The notes: generated from the letters alone by a model not told the origin. Counted from the first letter of the stretch, positions 1-9,662 are shown. The stretch: DNA of 64,000 nucleotides from an uncultured Alphaproteobacteria bacterium (GCA_963698275.1 CAVOQE010000006.1:79682-143681); one strand, 5' to 3'. Numbers and translations: made by a program.

Positions 1-1101
1 TCGGCCAACGCACCGTGGTCACCGACCATGGCCACAAACCTGAGTGACAGGATCACCGGTGTGTTCTGGGCAGCCTTCCTGCTGTTCTCCTGGACCGCTG
101 CCTCGATCGTGTCCGGTTCGGTTATCGAACGCATTCGTTCAACGGCTTTCTGGATCCATGCCGTTTTGATCGGATCGGTGTTCTGGATTATCGATGCATC
201 CTGGGGCTGGCACTATGCCGGCTGGATGGTCAAGGTACTTGGCTATCACGATGCCTACGCGTCCGGCGTTATTCATGCCATCGCGGGCGGTTATGCATTG
301 GGTGTTCTGGTGGTTCTCGGACCGCGCCTCGGCAAGTTTGCCGCCGACGGCACGCCGCGCGATATCCCGCCGCACAATCCCTGGCTGGTCACCATCGGCC
401 TGTTCATGATCTATACGGGCTTCTGGGGCTTTTACGCCGCGTGCAACGTGCCGATCATCTCGCCTGAAGTCATTGACGGCCAGATCACCGGTGTTACCTG
501 GACAGCAACCAATATCTATCTTGCTCCAACCACGCTTGGTGCCATTACCTTCAACTTCCTGATGTCATTGTCGGGCGGATTGCTGGTTGCCTACGTGGTG
601 TCCAAGGGCGATGCCTTCTGGACGTATTCCGGTGGCCTTGCAGGGATCATTGCCGCATCTGCCGGTAACGATCTCTACCATCCGATACAGGCCATGTTCA
701 TAGGCGGTTTCGGCACTTTCTGTGCCTACAAGCTGCACTACTGGGTCGAACGCAAGTTCAAGATCGATGATGCAGTTGGTGCTGTTGCAGTCCATGGTTA
801 TGCCGGCTTCATAGGCGTAACAATTGCCGGCTTCATGCTCTGGGGCCAGCCATCGTCGCCATATGAAGGCTATGCAGCCATCAACCCGCTGGGTAACTTT
901 ATCGGTGCCATCATCATGTTCGGTGTCCTTGGCTTCCTGCCGGCGTACATCGTATCGAAGATCATGGCCGGCATGGGAATGTTGCGTATTCCTGCAAAAG
1001 CCGAACTGCAGGGCCTTGATCACCACAGCGAGCTTGCCTATCAGGCGGCCATCGACGATGTCCGCGCTGCCGAGCGTGAACTCGCTGCAGCTCAGAAATA
1101 A
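1..1101 (+). CDS. amt: Ammonium/methylammonium transporter (Amt/MEP family), 5' end cut by window edge
   Basis: ORF 28..1101 stays open in frame back to nt 1. Multi-TM protein with Amt-type motifs (AASIVSGSVIERIR, IHAIAGGYALGVLVVLGPRLGKF, VAVHGYAGFIGV). About the first 100 aa expected for the family are missing. Confidence 0.85.
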   Translation, partial: SANAPWSPTMATNLSDRITGVFWAAFLLFSWTAASIVSGSVIERIRSTAFWIHAVLIGSVFWIIDASWGWHYAGWMVKVLGYHDAYASGVIHAIAGGYALGVLVVLGPRLGKFAADGTPRDIPPHNPWLVTIGLFMIYTGFWGFYAACNVPIISPEVIDGQITGVTWTATNIYLAPTTLGAITFNFLMSLSGGLLVAYVVSKGDAFWTYSGGLAGIIAASAGNDLYHPIQAMFIGGFGTFCAYKLHYWVERKFKIDDAVGAVAVHGYAGFIGVTIAGFMLWGQPSSPYEGYAAINPLGNFIGAIIMFGVLGFLPAYIVSKIMAGMGMLRIPAKAELQGLDHHSELAYQAAIDDVRAAERELAAAQK

Positions 1102-1113
1102 GGAGGATAGATC

Positions 1114-1329
1114 ATGTCTACCAATGGTATGGAAAGCTGGGCTGTCGATCTGAAGGACGTCGGTGCCATCTATCCCTTCCAGGGAACCGAAGTCATTCTG
1201 GTCATCCTGGGACTTGCGTTCTGGATCGGGTTTCATGTGCTGCAGGCACGGGTCGAAGCCGAAGAACTGGCTGACGCTGAACGTGACTTCAATGCAGAGC
1301 ACTCGAACAAGAGCATTGATCGATACTAG
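1114..1329 (+). CDS. Small (71 aa) single-TM membrane protein, function unknown
   Basis: ATG lies 12 nt after the amt stop and is preceded by AAGGAGGA (1100-1107). One hydrophobic helix (VILVILGLAFWIGFHVL) followed by an acidic tail. A strong terminator follows. Confidence 0.55.
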   Translation: MSTNGMESWAVDLKDVGAIYPFQGTEVILVILGLAFWIGFHVLQARVEAEELADAERDFNAEHSNKSIDRY

Positions 1330-1347
1330 ATCACCTTGCTAAGGCAA

Positions 1348-1383
1348 GGGCGGATGTGGAAATCGCATCCGCCCTTTTCTTTT
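1348..1383 (+). terminator. Rho-independent terminator after amt and the small ORF
   Basis: 11-bp stem GGGCGGATGTG / CGCATCCGCCC (1348-1358 pairs with 1364-1374), 5-nt loop, then TTTTCTTTT. Confidence 0.8.
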
Positions 1384-1480
1384 GCCTGTAAAGAAAAAAA
1401 CATTCCTCTGAGTTGAAAACGTTTCCCGTTGGTGATAGCGTTTTTGGAGATGGCAACCACCTAATTGGATAGAACAATAA

Positions 1481-2377
1481 ATGTGCGGGATCGTAGGATT
1501 ATTCCTTAAGGACAAATCGCTGGAGCCGAAGCTTGGCTCGATGCTGACAGACATGCTGATTACCATGACCGACCGCGGTCCAGACAGCGCTGGTATCGCC
1601 ATTTACGGCCGGGACGAAGACAGCAATACCAAGCTGACCGTTCAGTCGGCAGACCCCGCTGAGGACTTTGCAGACCTGGACAAGGCACTGTCCGAAGCAA
1701 CCAACACGCAGGTTTCCATGCGGATCAAGGATACCCACGCGGTTCTTGAGGTTTCGGACGAGCACGCAGACGATGTGCGCAAGGCACTGGCGGAACTGCG
1801 TCCAGGTATTCGCGTCATGAGCGTCGGCGACATCATCGAGATTTACAAGGAAGTAGGCCTGCCAAAGGATGTCGCCGAACGATTTGAACTGGCTGAGATG
1901 AGCGGCAGCCACGGCATCGGGCACACCCGGATGGCGACCGAGTCCGCGGTGACCACCATGGGTGCACACCCGTTTTCCACAGGTTCCGACCAATGCCTGG
2001 TGCACAATGGCTCTCTGTCCAATCACAACAGCCTGCGGCGCAAGCTGAAGCGCGACGGCATTGTTTTTGAAACAGACAATGATTCAGAAGTTGCCGCAGC
2101 TTACCTGACCAACAAGATGAACCATGGCAGCAATCTCGGCGAAGCGCTGGAATCCAGCCTTGATGACCTCGACGGGTTCTTCACCTTCGTTGTCGGCACC
2201 AAGGACGGGTTCGGCGTGGTGCGTGACCCGATCGCGTGCAAGCCCGCCGTCATGGCCGAAACAGACCAGTATGTGGCATTCGGATCCGAGTACCGGGCGC
2301 TGGTCAACCTGCCGGGTATCGAGCACGCCCGGGTGTGGGAGCCCGAGCCTGCAACCGTCTATTTCTGGGAGCACTGA
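1481..2377 (+). CDS. mgsA: N-methylglutamate synthase subunit A (class-II glutamine amidotransferase domain)
   Basis: Starts M-C-G-I-V-G (Ntn Cys2). Motifs GHTRMATES and HNGSLSNH present. First of three consecutive genes that reproduce the three domains of the glutamate synthase large subunit, followed by a GS-like gene, as in described NMG clusters. Confidence 0.85.
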   Translation: MCGIVGLFLKDKSLEPKLGSMLTDMLITMTDRGPDSAGIAIYGRDEDSNTKLTVQSADPAEDFADLDKALSEATNTQVSMRIKDTHAVLEVSDEHADDVRKALAELRPGIRVMSVGDIIEIYKEVGLPKDVAERFELAEMSGSHGIGHTRMATESAVTTMGAHPFSTGSDQCLVHNGSLSNHNSLRRKLKRDGIVFETDNDSEVAAAYLTNKMNHGSNLGEALESSLDDLDGFFTFVVGTKDGFGVVRDPIACKPAVMAETDQYVAFGSEYRALVNLPGIEHARVWEPEPATVYFWEH

Positions 2378-2381
2378 GCCC

Positions 2382-3065
2382 ATGCAAACCATCGACATGG
2401 CCTCCACAGAACTTCGCGAAGTGAACTCCACGCTGCAGGCCCAGAAGGCCGACACCAACCAGAAGGCATGGGAGATTGTAAACCCCAAGGGCAGCCACGC
2501 CATTGCCTGCGGTCTCGACGGTCCCATAGAGGTTACCGTGCGCGGCTCCACCGGCTATTACTGCGCCGGCATGAACAAGCAGGCCCACATTCATATTGTC
2601 GGTTCTGCCGGTCCCGGTGTTGCGGAAAACATGATGTCGGGCACCGTCGTCATCGACGGCGACGCCAGCCAGTATGCCGGCGCCACCGGTCATGGAGGGT
2701 TGCTGGTCATCAAGGGCAATGCCTCATCGCGCTGCGGCATTTCCATGAAAGGCATCGACATCGTCGTGCATGGCAATATCGGCCATATGAGCGCCTTCAT
2801 GGCCCAGTCGGGCAACCTGGTTGTGCTGGGCGATGCCGGCGACGCGCTTGGCGATTCCCTGTATGAGGCGCGGCTTTTTGTGCGCGGCACTGTCAAGAGC
2901 CTGGGCGCGGACTGCATCGAAAAGGACATGCGACCCGAGCATCTTGAGATTCTGAAAGACCTGTTGGAGCGCGCCGGCGCGGACGCCAAACCGGAACAGT
3001 TCAAGCGTTACGGCTCAGCCCGCAAACTCTATAATTTCGACATTGACAACGCAGCTGCGTATTAG
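2382..3065 (+). CDS. mgsB: N-methylglutamate synthase subunit B (GXGXG / glutamate synthase C-terminal-like domain)
   Basis: GXGXG-type repeats VGSAGPGVAENM, VIKGNASSRCG, VVHGNIGHMSAF, VVLGDAGDALG. ATG 2382 (4 nt after the mgsA stop) is preferred over the ORF-track start 2124, which would overlap mgsA by about 250 nt. Confidence 0.85.
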   Translation: MQTIDMASTELREVNSTLQAQKADTNQKAWEIVNPKGSHAIACGLDGPIEVTVRGSTGYYCAGMNKQAHIHIVGSAGPGVAENMMSGTVVIDGDASQYAGATGHGGLLVIKGNASSRCGISMKGIDIVVHGNIGHMSAFMAQSGNLVVLGDAGDALGDSLYEARLFVRGTVKSLGADCIEKDMRPEHLEILKDLLERAGADAKPEQFKRYGSARKLYNFDIDNAAAY

Positions 3066-3074
3066 GGGGTGACC

Positions 3075-4424
3075 ATGAACAAGATGACCAAGGATGTATC
3101 CGGCATTCCACGCACCGTGCCGCAGAAACCTGCGACATTCACTGACCCGGTCAATGCCGAAATCCGCCGCGCCGCAGCAACCGGCATCTACGATATTCGC
3201 GGTGGCGGCGCAAAGCGCAAAGTCCCGCATTTCGACGACCTGCTGTTTCTCGGCGCTTCGATTTCGCGCTACCCGCTGGAAGGATATAGAGAAAAGTGTG
3301 AAACAAAGGTTGTGCTCGGCACCCGGTTTGCGAAAAAGCCGATCGAACTGGACATCCCGATTACCATTGCCGGGATGAGTTTCGGTTCGCTTTCCGGCCC
3401 GGCCAAGGAAGCCCTGGGGCGCGGCGCAAGTGCTGCCGGCACATCGACCACGACCGGCGACGGCGGCATGACCGAAGAAGAGCGCGGCCATTCCGACAAG
3501 CTGGTTTACCAGTACCTGCCGTCGCGCTACGGCATGAACCCTGACGATCTCAGGCGCTGCGATGCCATCGAGGTCGTGGTCGGCCAGGGCGCGAAACCCG
3601 GCGGCGGCGGCATGTTGCTGGGCCAGAAAATTTCCGACCGGGTTGCCGAAATGCGCAACCTGCCCAAAGGCATCGACCAGCGTTCAGCCTGCCGTCATCC
3701 CGACTGGACCGGCCCGGATGACCTGGAAATCAAGATCCTGGAATTGCGCGAAATCACCAACTGGGAAAAACCTATCTATATCAAGGTCGGTGGCGCGCGG
3801 CCCTATTTTGACACCACGCTGGCGGTCAAGGCGGGTGCGGATGTCGTCGTTCTTGACGGCATGCAGGGCGGCACGGCGGCAACACAGGACGTGTTTATCG
3901 AACATGTCGGCCAGCCGACGCTGGCTTGTATCGGCCCGGCCGTTCAGGCCCTGCAGGACCTCGGCATGCATCGCGAAGTGCAGTTGGTTGTATCAGGCGG
4001 CATCCGTTCCGGTGCCGACGTTGCAAAGGCACTGGCGCTGGGTGCGGATGCGGTGTCAATCGGTACGGCGGCCCTGATTGCGCTGGGTGACAACGATCCG
4101 CGCTGGGAGGCTGAATACAACGAACTGGGCACCACTGCCGGCGCCTATGACGACTGGCATGAAGGCAGGGACCCGGCCGGCATCACCACTCAGGACCCCG
4201 ACCTGATGGCCCGTTTTGACCCGATCGCAGGTGGGCGCAGACTGTCCAATTATCTCAAAGTGATGACGCTTGAGACACAGACCATCGCGCGCGCATGCGG
4301 CAAGAACCATGTCCACAACCTGGAACCGGAAGACCTGTGTGCATTGACGGTGGAAGCATCGGCCATGTCGGGCGTACCGCTTGCCGGGACGAACTGGGTT
4401 CCCGGACGCGACGGTAACTACTAA
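3075..4424 (+). CDS. mgsC: N-methylglutamate synthase subunit C (FMN-binding glutamate synthase central domain)
   Basis: Motifs GMSFGSLS, QGAKPGGGG, LDGMQGGTAA, VSGGIRSGADVAKALALGADAV. AGGGGG lies upstream. The start could instead be GTG 3069. Confidence 0.85.
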   Translation: MNKMTKDVSGIPRTVPQKPATFTDPVNAEIRRAAATGIYDIRGGGAKRKVPHFDDLLFLGASISRYPLEGYREKCETKVVLGTRFAKKPIELDIPITIAGMSFGSLSGPAKEALGRGASAAGTSTTTGDGGMTEEERGHSDKLVYQYLPSRYGMNPDDLRRCDAIEVVVGQGAKPGGGGMLLGQKISDRVAEMRNLPKGIDQRSACRHPDWTGPDDLEIKILELREITNWEKPIYIKVGGARPYFDTTLAVKAGADVVVLDGMQGGTAATQDVFIEHVGQPTLACIGPAVQALQDLGMHREVQLVVSGGIRSGADVAKALALGADAVSIGTAALIALGDNDPRWEAEYNELGTTAGAYDDWHEGRDPAGITTQDPDLMARFDPIAGGRRLSNYLKVMTLETQTIARACGKNHVHNLEPEDLCALTVEASAMSGVPLAGTNWVPGRDGNY

Positions 4425-4470
4425 AACACGAAGACAACAATCACAGAGATTTCCGGGAGGACACAAATCC

Positions 4471-5778
4471 ATGGCAACTGATCTGGCCCAATTCGCCAAG
4501 GAAAACGGCGTCAAATATTTCATGATCTCGTTCACCGACCTGTTCGGCGGGCAGCGCGCAAAGCTGGTCCCGGCGCAGGCCATTGCCGACATGCAGAAGG
4601 ACGGTGCCGGGTTCGCCGGATTTGCGACCTGGCTCGACATGACCCCTGCCCATCCGGACATGCTGGCGGTACCTGATCCTGCGTCAGTCATACAACTGCC
4701 ATGGAAAAAGGACGTTGCATGGGTGGCCGGCAACTGCGTCATGGAAGGCCAGTTCGTTGCTCAGGCACCGCGCAACGTGCTCAACCGACTGGTCGCGGAA
4801 GCGGCCGACGAAGGCATGCGGGTAAAGACCGGTATCGAAGCCGAGTTTTTCCTGCTGACGCCGGACGGGTCACAGATTTCCGATGAGTACGACACCGCTG
4901 CAAAACCCTGCTATGATCAGCAGGCGGTGATGCGGCGCTATGATGTCGTCGCTGAAATCTGCGATTACATGCTGGAACTGGGCTGGGGCCCCTACCAGAA
5001 CGACCATGAAGACGCCAATGGCCAGTTCGAGATGAACTGGGAGTTTGACGACACCCTGAACACCGCCGACAAGCACTCGTTCTTCAAATTCATGACGAAA
5101 TCCGTTGCGGAAAAGCACGGGCTGCGGGCCACCTTCATGCCGAAACCGGTTGAAGGCCTGACCGGAAACGGCTGTCACGCGCACATTTCCGTCTGGGACA
5201 AGGCGGGCAAGGTCAATGTGTTTGCCGATGACGATATGGAACTGGGCCTGTCGGCAAAGGGTCGAAACTTCCTCGGCGGCATCATGAAGCATGCATCGGC
5301 GCTTGCTGCGATCACCAATCCGACGGTGAATTCCTACAAACGCATCAATGCGCCGCGCACCATGTCGGGCGCAACCTGGGCACCGAACACGGTGACATGG
5401 ACCGGCAACAACCGTACCCACATGGTCCGGGTACCAGGTCCGGGACGGTTCGAACTTCGGCTGCCGGATGGTGCTGCCAATCCGTACCTGCTGCAGGCGG
5501 TTATCATTGCTGCCGGCCTTGACGGGGTTCGCACCCAGGCTGATCCGGGCAAGCGCCATGACATCGACATGTATGCCGAAGGCCACAAGGTCAAAGGAGC
5601 GCCCAAGCTGCCGCTCAACATGCTCGACGCCTTGCGCGAGTTCGACAAGGACAAAGGCCTGAAAGCCGCCATGGGTGATGAATTCTCCGCTGCCTACCTG
5701 AAAATGAAGCATCAGGAATGGAATTCGTTCGCTTCGCATTTCTCGCAGTGGGAGAAAGACAACACGCTGGATATCTAG
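4471..5778 (+). CDS. gmaS: gamma-Glutamylmethylamide synthetase (type III glutamine synthetase family)
   Basis: GS catalytic-domain motifs DHEDANGQFEMNW, FMPKPVEGLTGNGCHAHIS, NSYKRI, GNNRTHMVRVPG, RFELRLPDGAANPYL. Sits directly after mgsABC. ATG 4471 with a GGGAGG SD is preferred over 4381. Confidence 0.8.
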   Translation: MATDLAQFAKENGVKYFMISFTDLFGGQRAKLVPAQAIADMQKDGAGFAGFATWLDMTPAHPDMLAVPDPASVIQLPWKKDVAWVAGNCVMEGQFVAQAPRNVLNRLVAEAADEGMRVKTGIEAEFFLLTPDGSQISDEYDTAAKPCYDQQAVMRRYDVVAEICDYMLELGWGPYQNDHEDANGQFEMNWEFDDTLNTADKHSFFKFMTKSVAEKHGLRATFMPKPVEGLTGNGCHAHISVWDKAGKVNVFADDDMELGLSAKGRNFLGGIMKHASALAAITNPTVNSYKRINAPRTMSGATWAPNTVTWTGNNRTHMVRVPGPGRFELRLPDGAANPYLLQAVIIAAGLDGVRTQADPGKRHDIDMYAEGHKVKGAPKLPLNMLDALREFDKDKGLKAAMGDEFSAAYLKMKHQEWNSFASHFSQWEKDNTLDI

Positions 5779-5857
5779 TTCAAATACCGGCTGGTAAACA
5801 GGTGTCAAAACTGATTTAATCCAACGGGTTATCAGCCACATTTAATGGAGCGTCCGA

Positions 5858-6430
5858 GTGCTTCCCGATGATCTGCGCAATCACTTCCTGACCTGGCAAT
5901 GCCGCATAAGGCAAATCGCCATGCGGGAGGAAGAAGGCCGTCCCAGCCAGGGCATGCGGCCGCGTGTTCTTGATGCGACAGGAAAGCAGTTGTCGGCTGG
6001 CATTATTGTCCTGCTGGTGCGTGAGGATTCATTTGAAAGCACCGAGTTTCTGAAATTCCAGGTGCAGAAGTACAACGACCCGCAGGACGTTTACAAAAAG
6101 GCGCTGATCTTCCTGCAGTCCACCCATTACCACCGCGCCGCAGAATTTTCTGACGAAATGACCGGATTGTTCGGCACCGGCTCGGAGCTGGTCGAACGCA
6201 TGACGGGCGACGAAAAGATCACTCTGGAGTTCAGCCAGTTTTCCCAAACCTACCGAATTCCCTGCAAGATCCGCTTGCTGGATGCTGATGAAGAGGCTTA
6301 TCAGGCGACGCTGTGGCACAACCGGGTCTTCAATCCGAATATCGGCTCAGATATCGAGATCGTGGGTTTCCAGCCGGACTGGGATGCAGCAGTTGCGCTA
6401 CTGAATAATGACGCAAAAGCAGCCAGCTAA
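5858..6430 (+). CDS. Hypothetical protein (190 aa), no recognisable domain
   Basis: Only long ORF in this interval. GTG start 80 nt after gmaS on the same strand. Composition looks protein-like rather than like an antisense shadow. No motif recognised. Confidence 0.45.
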   Translation: MLPDDLRNHFLTWQCRIRQIAMREEEGRPSQGMRPRVLDATGKQLSAGIIVLLVREDSFESTEFLKFQVQKYNDPQDVYKKALIFLQSTHYHRAAEFSDEMTGLFGTGSELVERMTGDEKITLEFSQFSQTYRIPCKIRLLDADEEAYQATLWHNRVFNPNIGSDIEIVGFQPDWDAAVALLNNDAKAAS

Positions 6431-6524
6431 GCCAACTCCTTCAACAGATTTATGACGCTATGTGGTGAGCTCGAGCCGATGTGGTAGTTGCAAAAACCGC
6501 GTCCCTAGAGTGCGATGAGGGTTA

Positions 6525-7758
6525 ATGGACACCTTTGATCATATTATCATTGGTGGCGGCGTTTTGGGCCTGTCCATCGCCTACCACCTTGCCCGTGACA
6601 GCCGGGAGAGCGTGCTCGTACTTGAACGCAATGAACTGGCCAGTGCCGCGTCCAGCAAGGCGGCGGGCCTGATCTTGCAGGCCACGGGAAAGGCGCCGCA
6701 AACACCGTTGGTCAAGTTGACCCGCGATACCATTGCGCTGCTCGAAGAGCAATTGGGCGAAACCATTGGTTTCCATGCAGTGGGTAGCCTTCGGATTGCC
6801 GCTTCGGCTGAACGTGAGGCGGAGTTACAGGGCATGGAGCGTGACGCTGCAAGTCATGGTATTCCATTCCAGCATTTGAGCCGCCAGGACGTTGGCGCCT
6901 GTGCCCCATGGTTGAATTCATCGACGGCCCATCGCGTCACATTGTTTCCCACCGATGGCTATGTTGATCCCTACATGCTCAGCACGGCTTACGGTCGGGC
7001 GGCGCGCCAGCTTGGAGCACAAATCCGGACACGTACCGCGGTAAACAATCTGATTATCAGTTCTGATCGCGTCACGGGCGTTCGTACGGCCTCTGGCGAT
7101 ATCTTCGGCGGCTCGGTAATCGACGCCGCCGGGGCCTGGGCGTCCCTGATTTCCGCCCGCGCCGGGTATCCGCTGCCCATGGCGCCCACCCGAAGCCATT
7201 ATTGGATTACCGCGCCGGATGCATCCTATGGCGGCGATTTTCCGGTCACCCTGCTACCCGACTGCCGGGCCTATATGCGCCCGGAAGCGGGTGCCATGGT
7301 GGTCGGAGTACAGGAGACAAACTCGGCGACTTTCGACGCGCGCCAACTGCCGGATGATATCAACACATTTTCCCCCACCCAGGGTGAGGATCATTGGGAC
7401 GTTATCGCCGGGGCCATGGCGTCGATCTCGGCATTTTTCCCGGTTATTCCACAAGCAATGTTTGCGAGCTATGTCAGCGGTCTGTCCACCTATACGCCGG
7501 ACGGCGACCATCCTTCTGGGCGCGGTTCCGGGATCGCCCAGTTTTTTCACTGCCGCGGGATGCTGTGGCAACGGAATCGCACTCTCCTCCGGGATCGGCT
7601 CGGCCATTGCGGCATTGGTGCGCGGTGATGAGCCGGTGTTTGACATAACGCCATTTGCTCCGGGCCGTTTCGGTTCAGTCGATCCGTTCTCGCGCGAATT
7701 TCGAGATCTCTGCTCTGCCACGCGCGCTGCCAAATCTCACAACACCCCGGCTTCGTGA
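6525..7758 (+). pseudogene. FAD-dependent oxidoreductase (DAO / sarcosine-oxidase-like family) interrupted by a single frameshift near 7505-7515
   Basis: N-terminal dinucleotide fold DHIIIGGGVLGLSIAYHL sits in the frame of 6525..7628. The family-typical C-terminus (ILLGAVPGSPSFFTAAGCCGNGIALSSGIGSAIAALV...ITPFAPGRF) is read only in the frame of ORF 7219..7758. The switch occurs right after ...STYTPDG. Confidence 0.7.
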
Positions 7759-7919
7759 TGCGCACCCCTCGGCCGGCCTGTTCGCACTGGTAGACTTCTC
7801 ATCCGAAGCGTTGTTCCTTTCCCCGAACATCTGCGGGTGTGCGATTGACGCATACCCGGCAACGATGTTTTTGTTTCAGTGCAGACCAACCATTCCGGGC
7901 AGAAAGGGCCACCAAGGCG

Positions 7920-8702
7920 ATGACGGCGAGAGCGGACAATCAAGCGTCATCGTATATCATCTGCGCGACGCCGAGAAGCGGCAGCACGCTGCTGTGCGAC
8001 CTTCTGCATGATACCGGTGTGGCCGGAAACCCTCATTCCTTCTTCCGAAGCCAGGACTTTGCCGAATGGGCAGAGGAGTTCAATGTGCCCGTCGCAAAAT
8101 GGCGTGATCGCCAGGCGTTCGATCAAGCCTATCTTGATGCGGTCGTGACCTACGGCACCGGAGGCACCGGGTTGTTTGGCATGCGTGTGATGTGGGAGAG
8201 CCTGCGTGATCTGGCGATCAGGCTCGAAACTCTTTTCCCGGAACTGCGCAATGACAGTGCCCGTTTCCAGTCGGCTTTCGGACTTCCCGTCTACCTGCAT
8301 CTGTTCCGCGAGGACAAAGTTGCTCAGGCAGTGTCACGGTGGAAAGCCGAGCAAACCGGTTTGTGGCACGTCGATGCGGACGGAAATGAACGCGAGCGGC
8401 TCAAGCCCGGGCAAACCCCAAGCTATGACGCCAACGAACTCTCAAGGCTTGTAACAGAACTGGAAGACCATGATGCAGCGTGGGCGCAGTGGTTCGCCCG
8501 GCAAGGCGTGGTTCCGGTCAGCATCAGCTATGAAATGCTTTCATCCCACCCGCAAGCCACATTGGCGCTCATCCTGGCTGCTCTCGGCCAGGACAAAACG
8601 ATCGCGGAAACCGTTGCACCCAGAACCACCAAATTAGCGGACAATGAGAGCCGCGAGTGGGCTGATCGTTTCCGGGCAGAGCGGCGCATTCCGACTGTGT
8701 AA
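7920..8702 (+). CDS. Stf0-type sulfotransferase
   Basis: YIICATPRSGSTLLCDLLHDTGVAGNPHSFF matches the PAPS-binding N-terminus of Stf0-family (trehalose 2-sulfotransferase-like) enzymes. Internal ATG 7920 chosen. Confidence 0.7.
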   Translation: MTARADNQASSYIICATPRSGSTLLCDLLHDTGVAGNPHSFFRSQDFAEWAEEFNVPVAKWRDRQAFDQAYLDAVVTYGTGGTGLFGMRVMWESLRDLAIRLETLFPELRNDSARFQSAFGLPVYLHLFREDKVAQAVSRWKAEQTGLWHVDADGNERERLKPGQTPSYDANELSRLVTELEDHDAAWAQWFARQGVVPVSISYEMLSSHPQATLALILAALGQDKTIAETVAPRTTKLADNESREWADRFRAERRIPTV

Positions 8703-8750
8703 GACACTGCACGCACTTCTGCGTGGCCATACGCCCCGTCGAACTTCGAA

Positions 8751-9563
8751 CTATTTTGGCCCTGTTGACGCGATCAGTTGACCATCTGCGGCCATTACAA
8801 TTTCACCACTGCCAAATGATCGCCAGGACTCATCGGTCAAAGGAACACTTGCGATCAGAACGACACGCTGATGTGCCGCGTCCACAGTGAGCCCTTCAGC
8901 CTCAAATTCAGCACCGGAAGGCGGACATTCGCGGATGAGGACGTGAAGGCCCGGCGGGCCGATGACACCAGAGGTTTGATGACGCCGGTCGCCGTGAGCG
9001 ATCACGACATCGCCATCCCAGTAAAGAAAGTTGGCCGGACCTAACGGACGCAGGTCCCGTGCAAATCTGGACACTGTCTCAAAGCGCGCTTCAAGTGATG
9101 GTGGCCGGTCTTTATCCAACCAATCAGTCTCCAGCCGCGCGAGGAGCGCGCAAAACGCATATTCGGAATCTGTTTCGCCTACCGGTCGATGTCGACCCAA
9201 TGGAAACAACTTGCCGTTCGTTACATCGGGAACATGACCGTTGTGCGCGAAGGCATGAATGCGCCCTCCGAGTTCGCGAATGAAAGGCTGTGTATTCTTG
9301 AGAGCCAGTGTGCCGGTGGTTCGCTTGCGGATATGTGAAATCACCGCCCGACTGCGAATGGGATGGTTTTCCAGGAACTGCAGCCAGGGGCTGCTGCTTG
9401 CAGCCGTAGTGTCCTTGACAACACGAACGTCACCGTCCTCCGCAAATGCGATACCCCAGCCATCCTTGTGTGGCCCTGTCAGGCCGCCATGCTGAGCGAA
9501 CTCCTCAAGTGAAAAGGTGACCGTCGCCGGCACGCTGCTGGACATGGCAAACAGCTCGCACAT
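8751..9563 (-). CDS. Class-II glutamine amidotransferase (YafJ/EgtC-like)
   Basis: With ATG 9563 the protein begins M-C-E-L-F (Ntn Cys2). Motifs DGWGIAF, ISHIRKRT, NTQPF and FAHNG are present. Confidence 0.8.
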   Translation of the reverse strand: MCELFAMSSSVPATVTFSLEEFAQHGGLTGPHKDGWGIAFAEDGDVRVVKDTTAASSSPWLQFLENHPIRSRAVISHIRKRTTGTLALKNTQPFIRELGGRIHAFAHNGHVPDVTNGKLFPLGRHRPVGETDSEYAFCALLARLETDWLDKDRPPSLEARFETVSRFARDLRPLGPANFLYWDGDVVIAHGDRRHQTSGVIGPPGLHVLIRECPPSGAEFEAEGLTVDAAHQRVVLIASVPLTDESWRSFGSGEIVMAADGQLIASTGPK

Positions 9564-9662
9564 GGGTCCTCCTTTTGTCCGGTGTCGTGCAGCGGCACAT
9601 AGCAAAATGTTCGAGTGTCACTTATCTCGACGTTAGTGGGCCAAAACCGGAGTTTCGCCAGT

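Noticed and set aside
2124-2381. Long N-terminal extension of mgsB offered by the ORF track (start 2124), and similarly 4381 for gmaS, 20189 for tmoV and 31752 for the GT2-like gene
   Set aside because: The extensions would overlap the preceding or divergent well-supported gene by 70-250 nt. Internal ATGs with better SD spacing give proteins that begin where family homology begins.
4870-5841. 323-aa minus-strand ORF antisense to gmaS
   Set aside because: It lies fully inside a well-supported plus-strand gene. The translation is Arg/Gly/His/Val-rich with no motif, which is typical of a high-GC shadow ORF.
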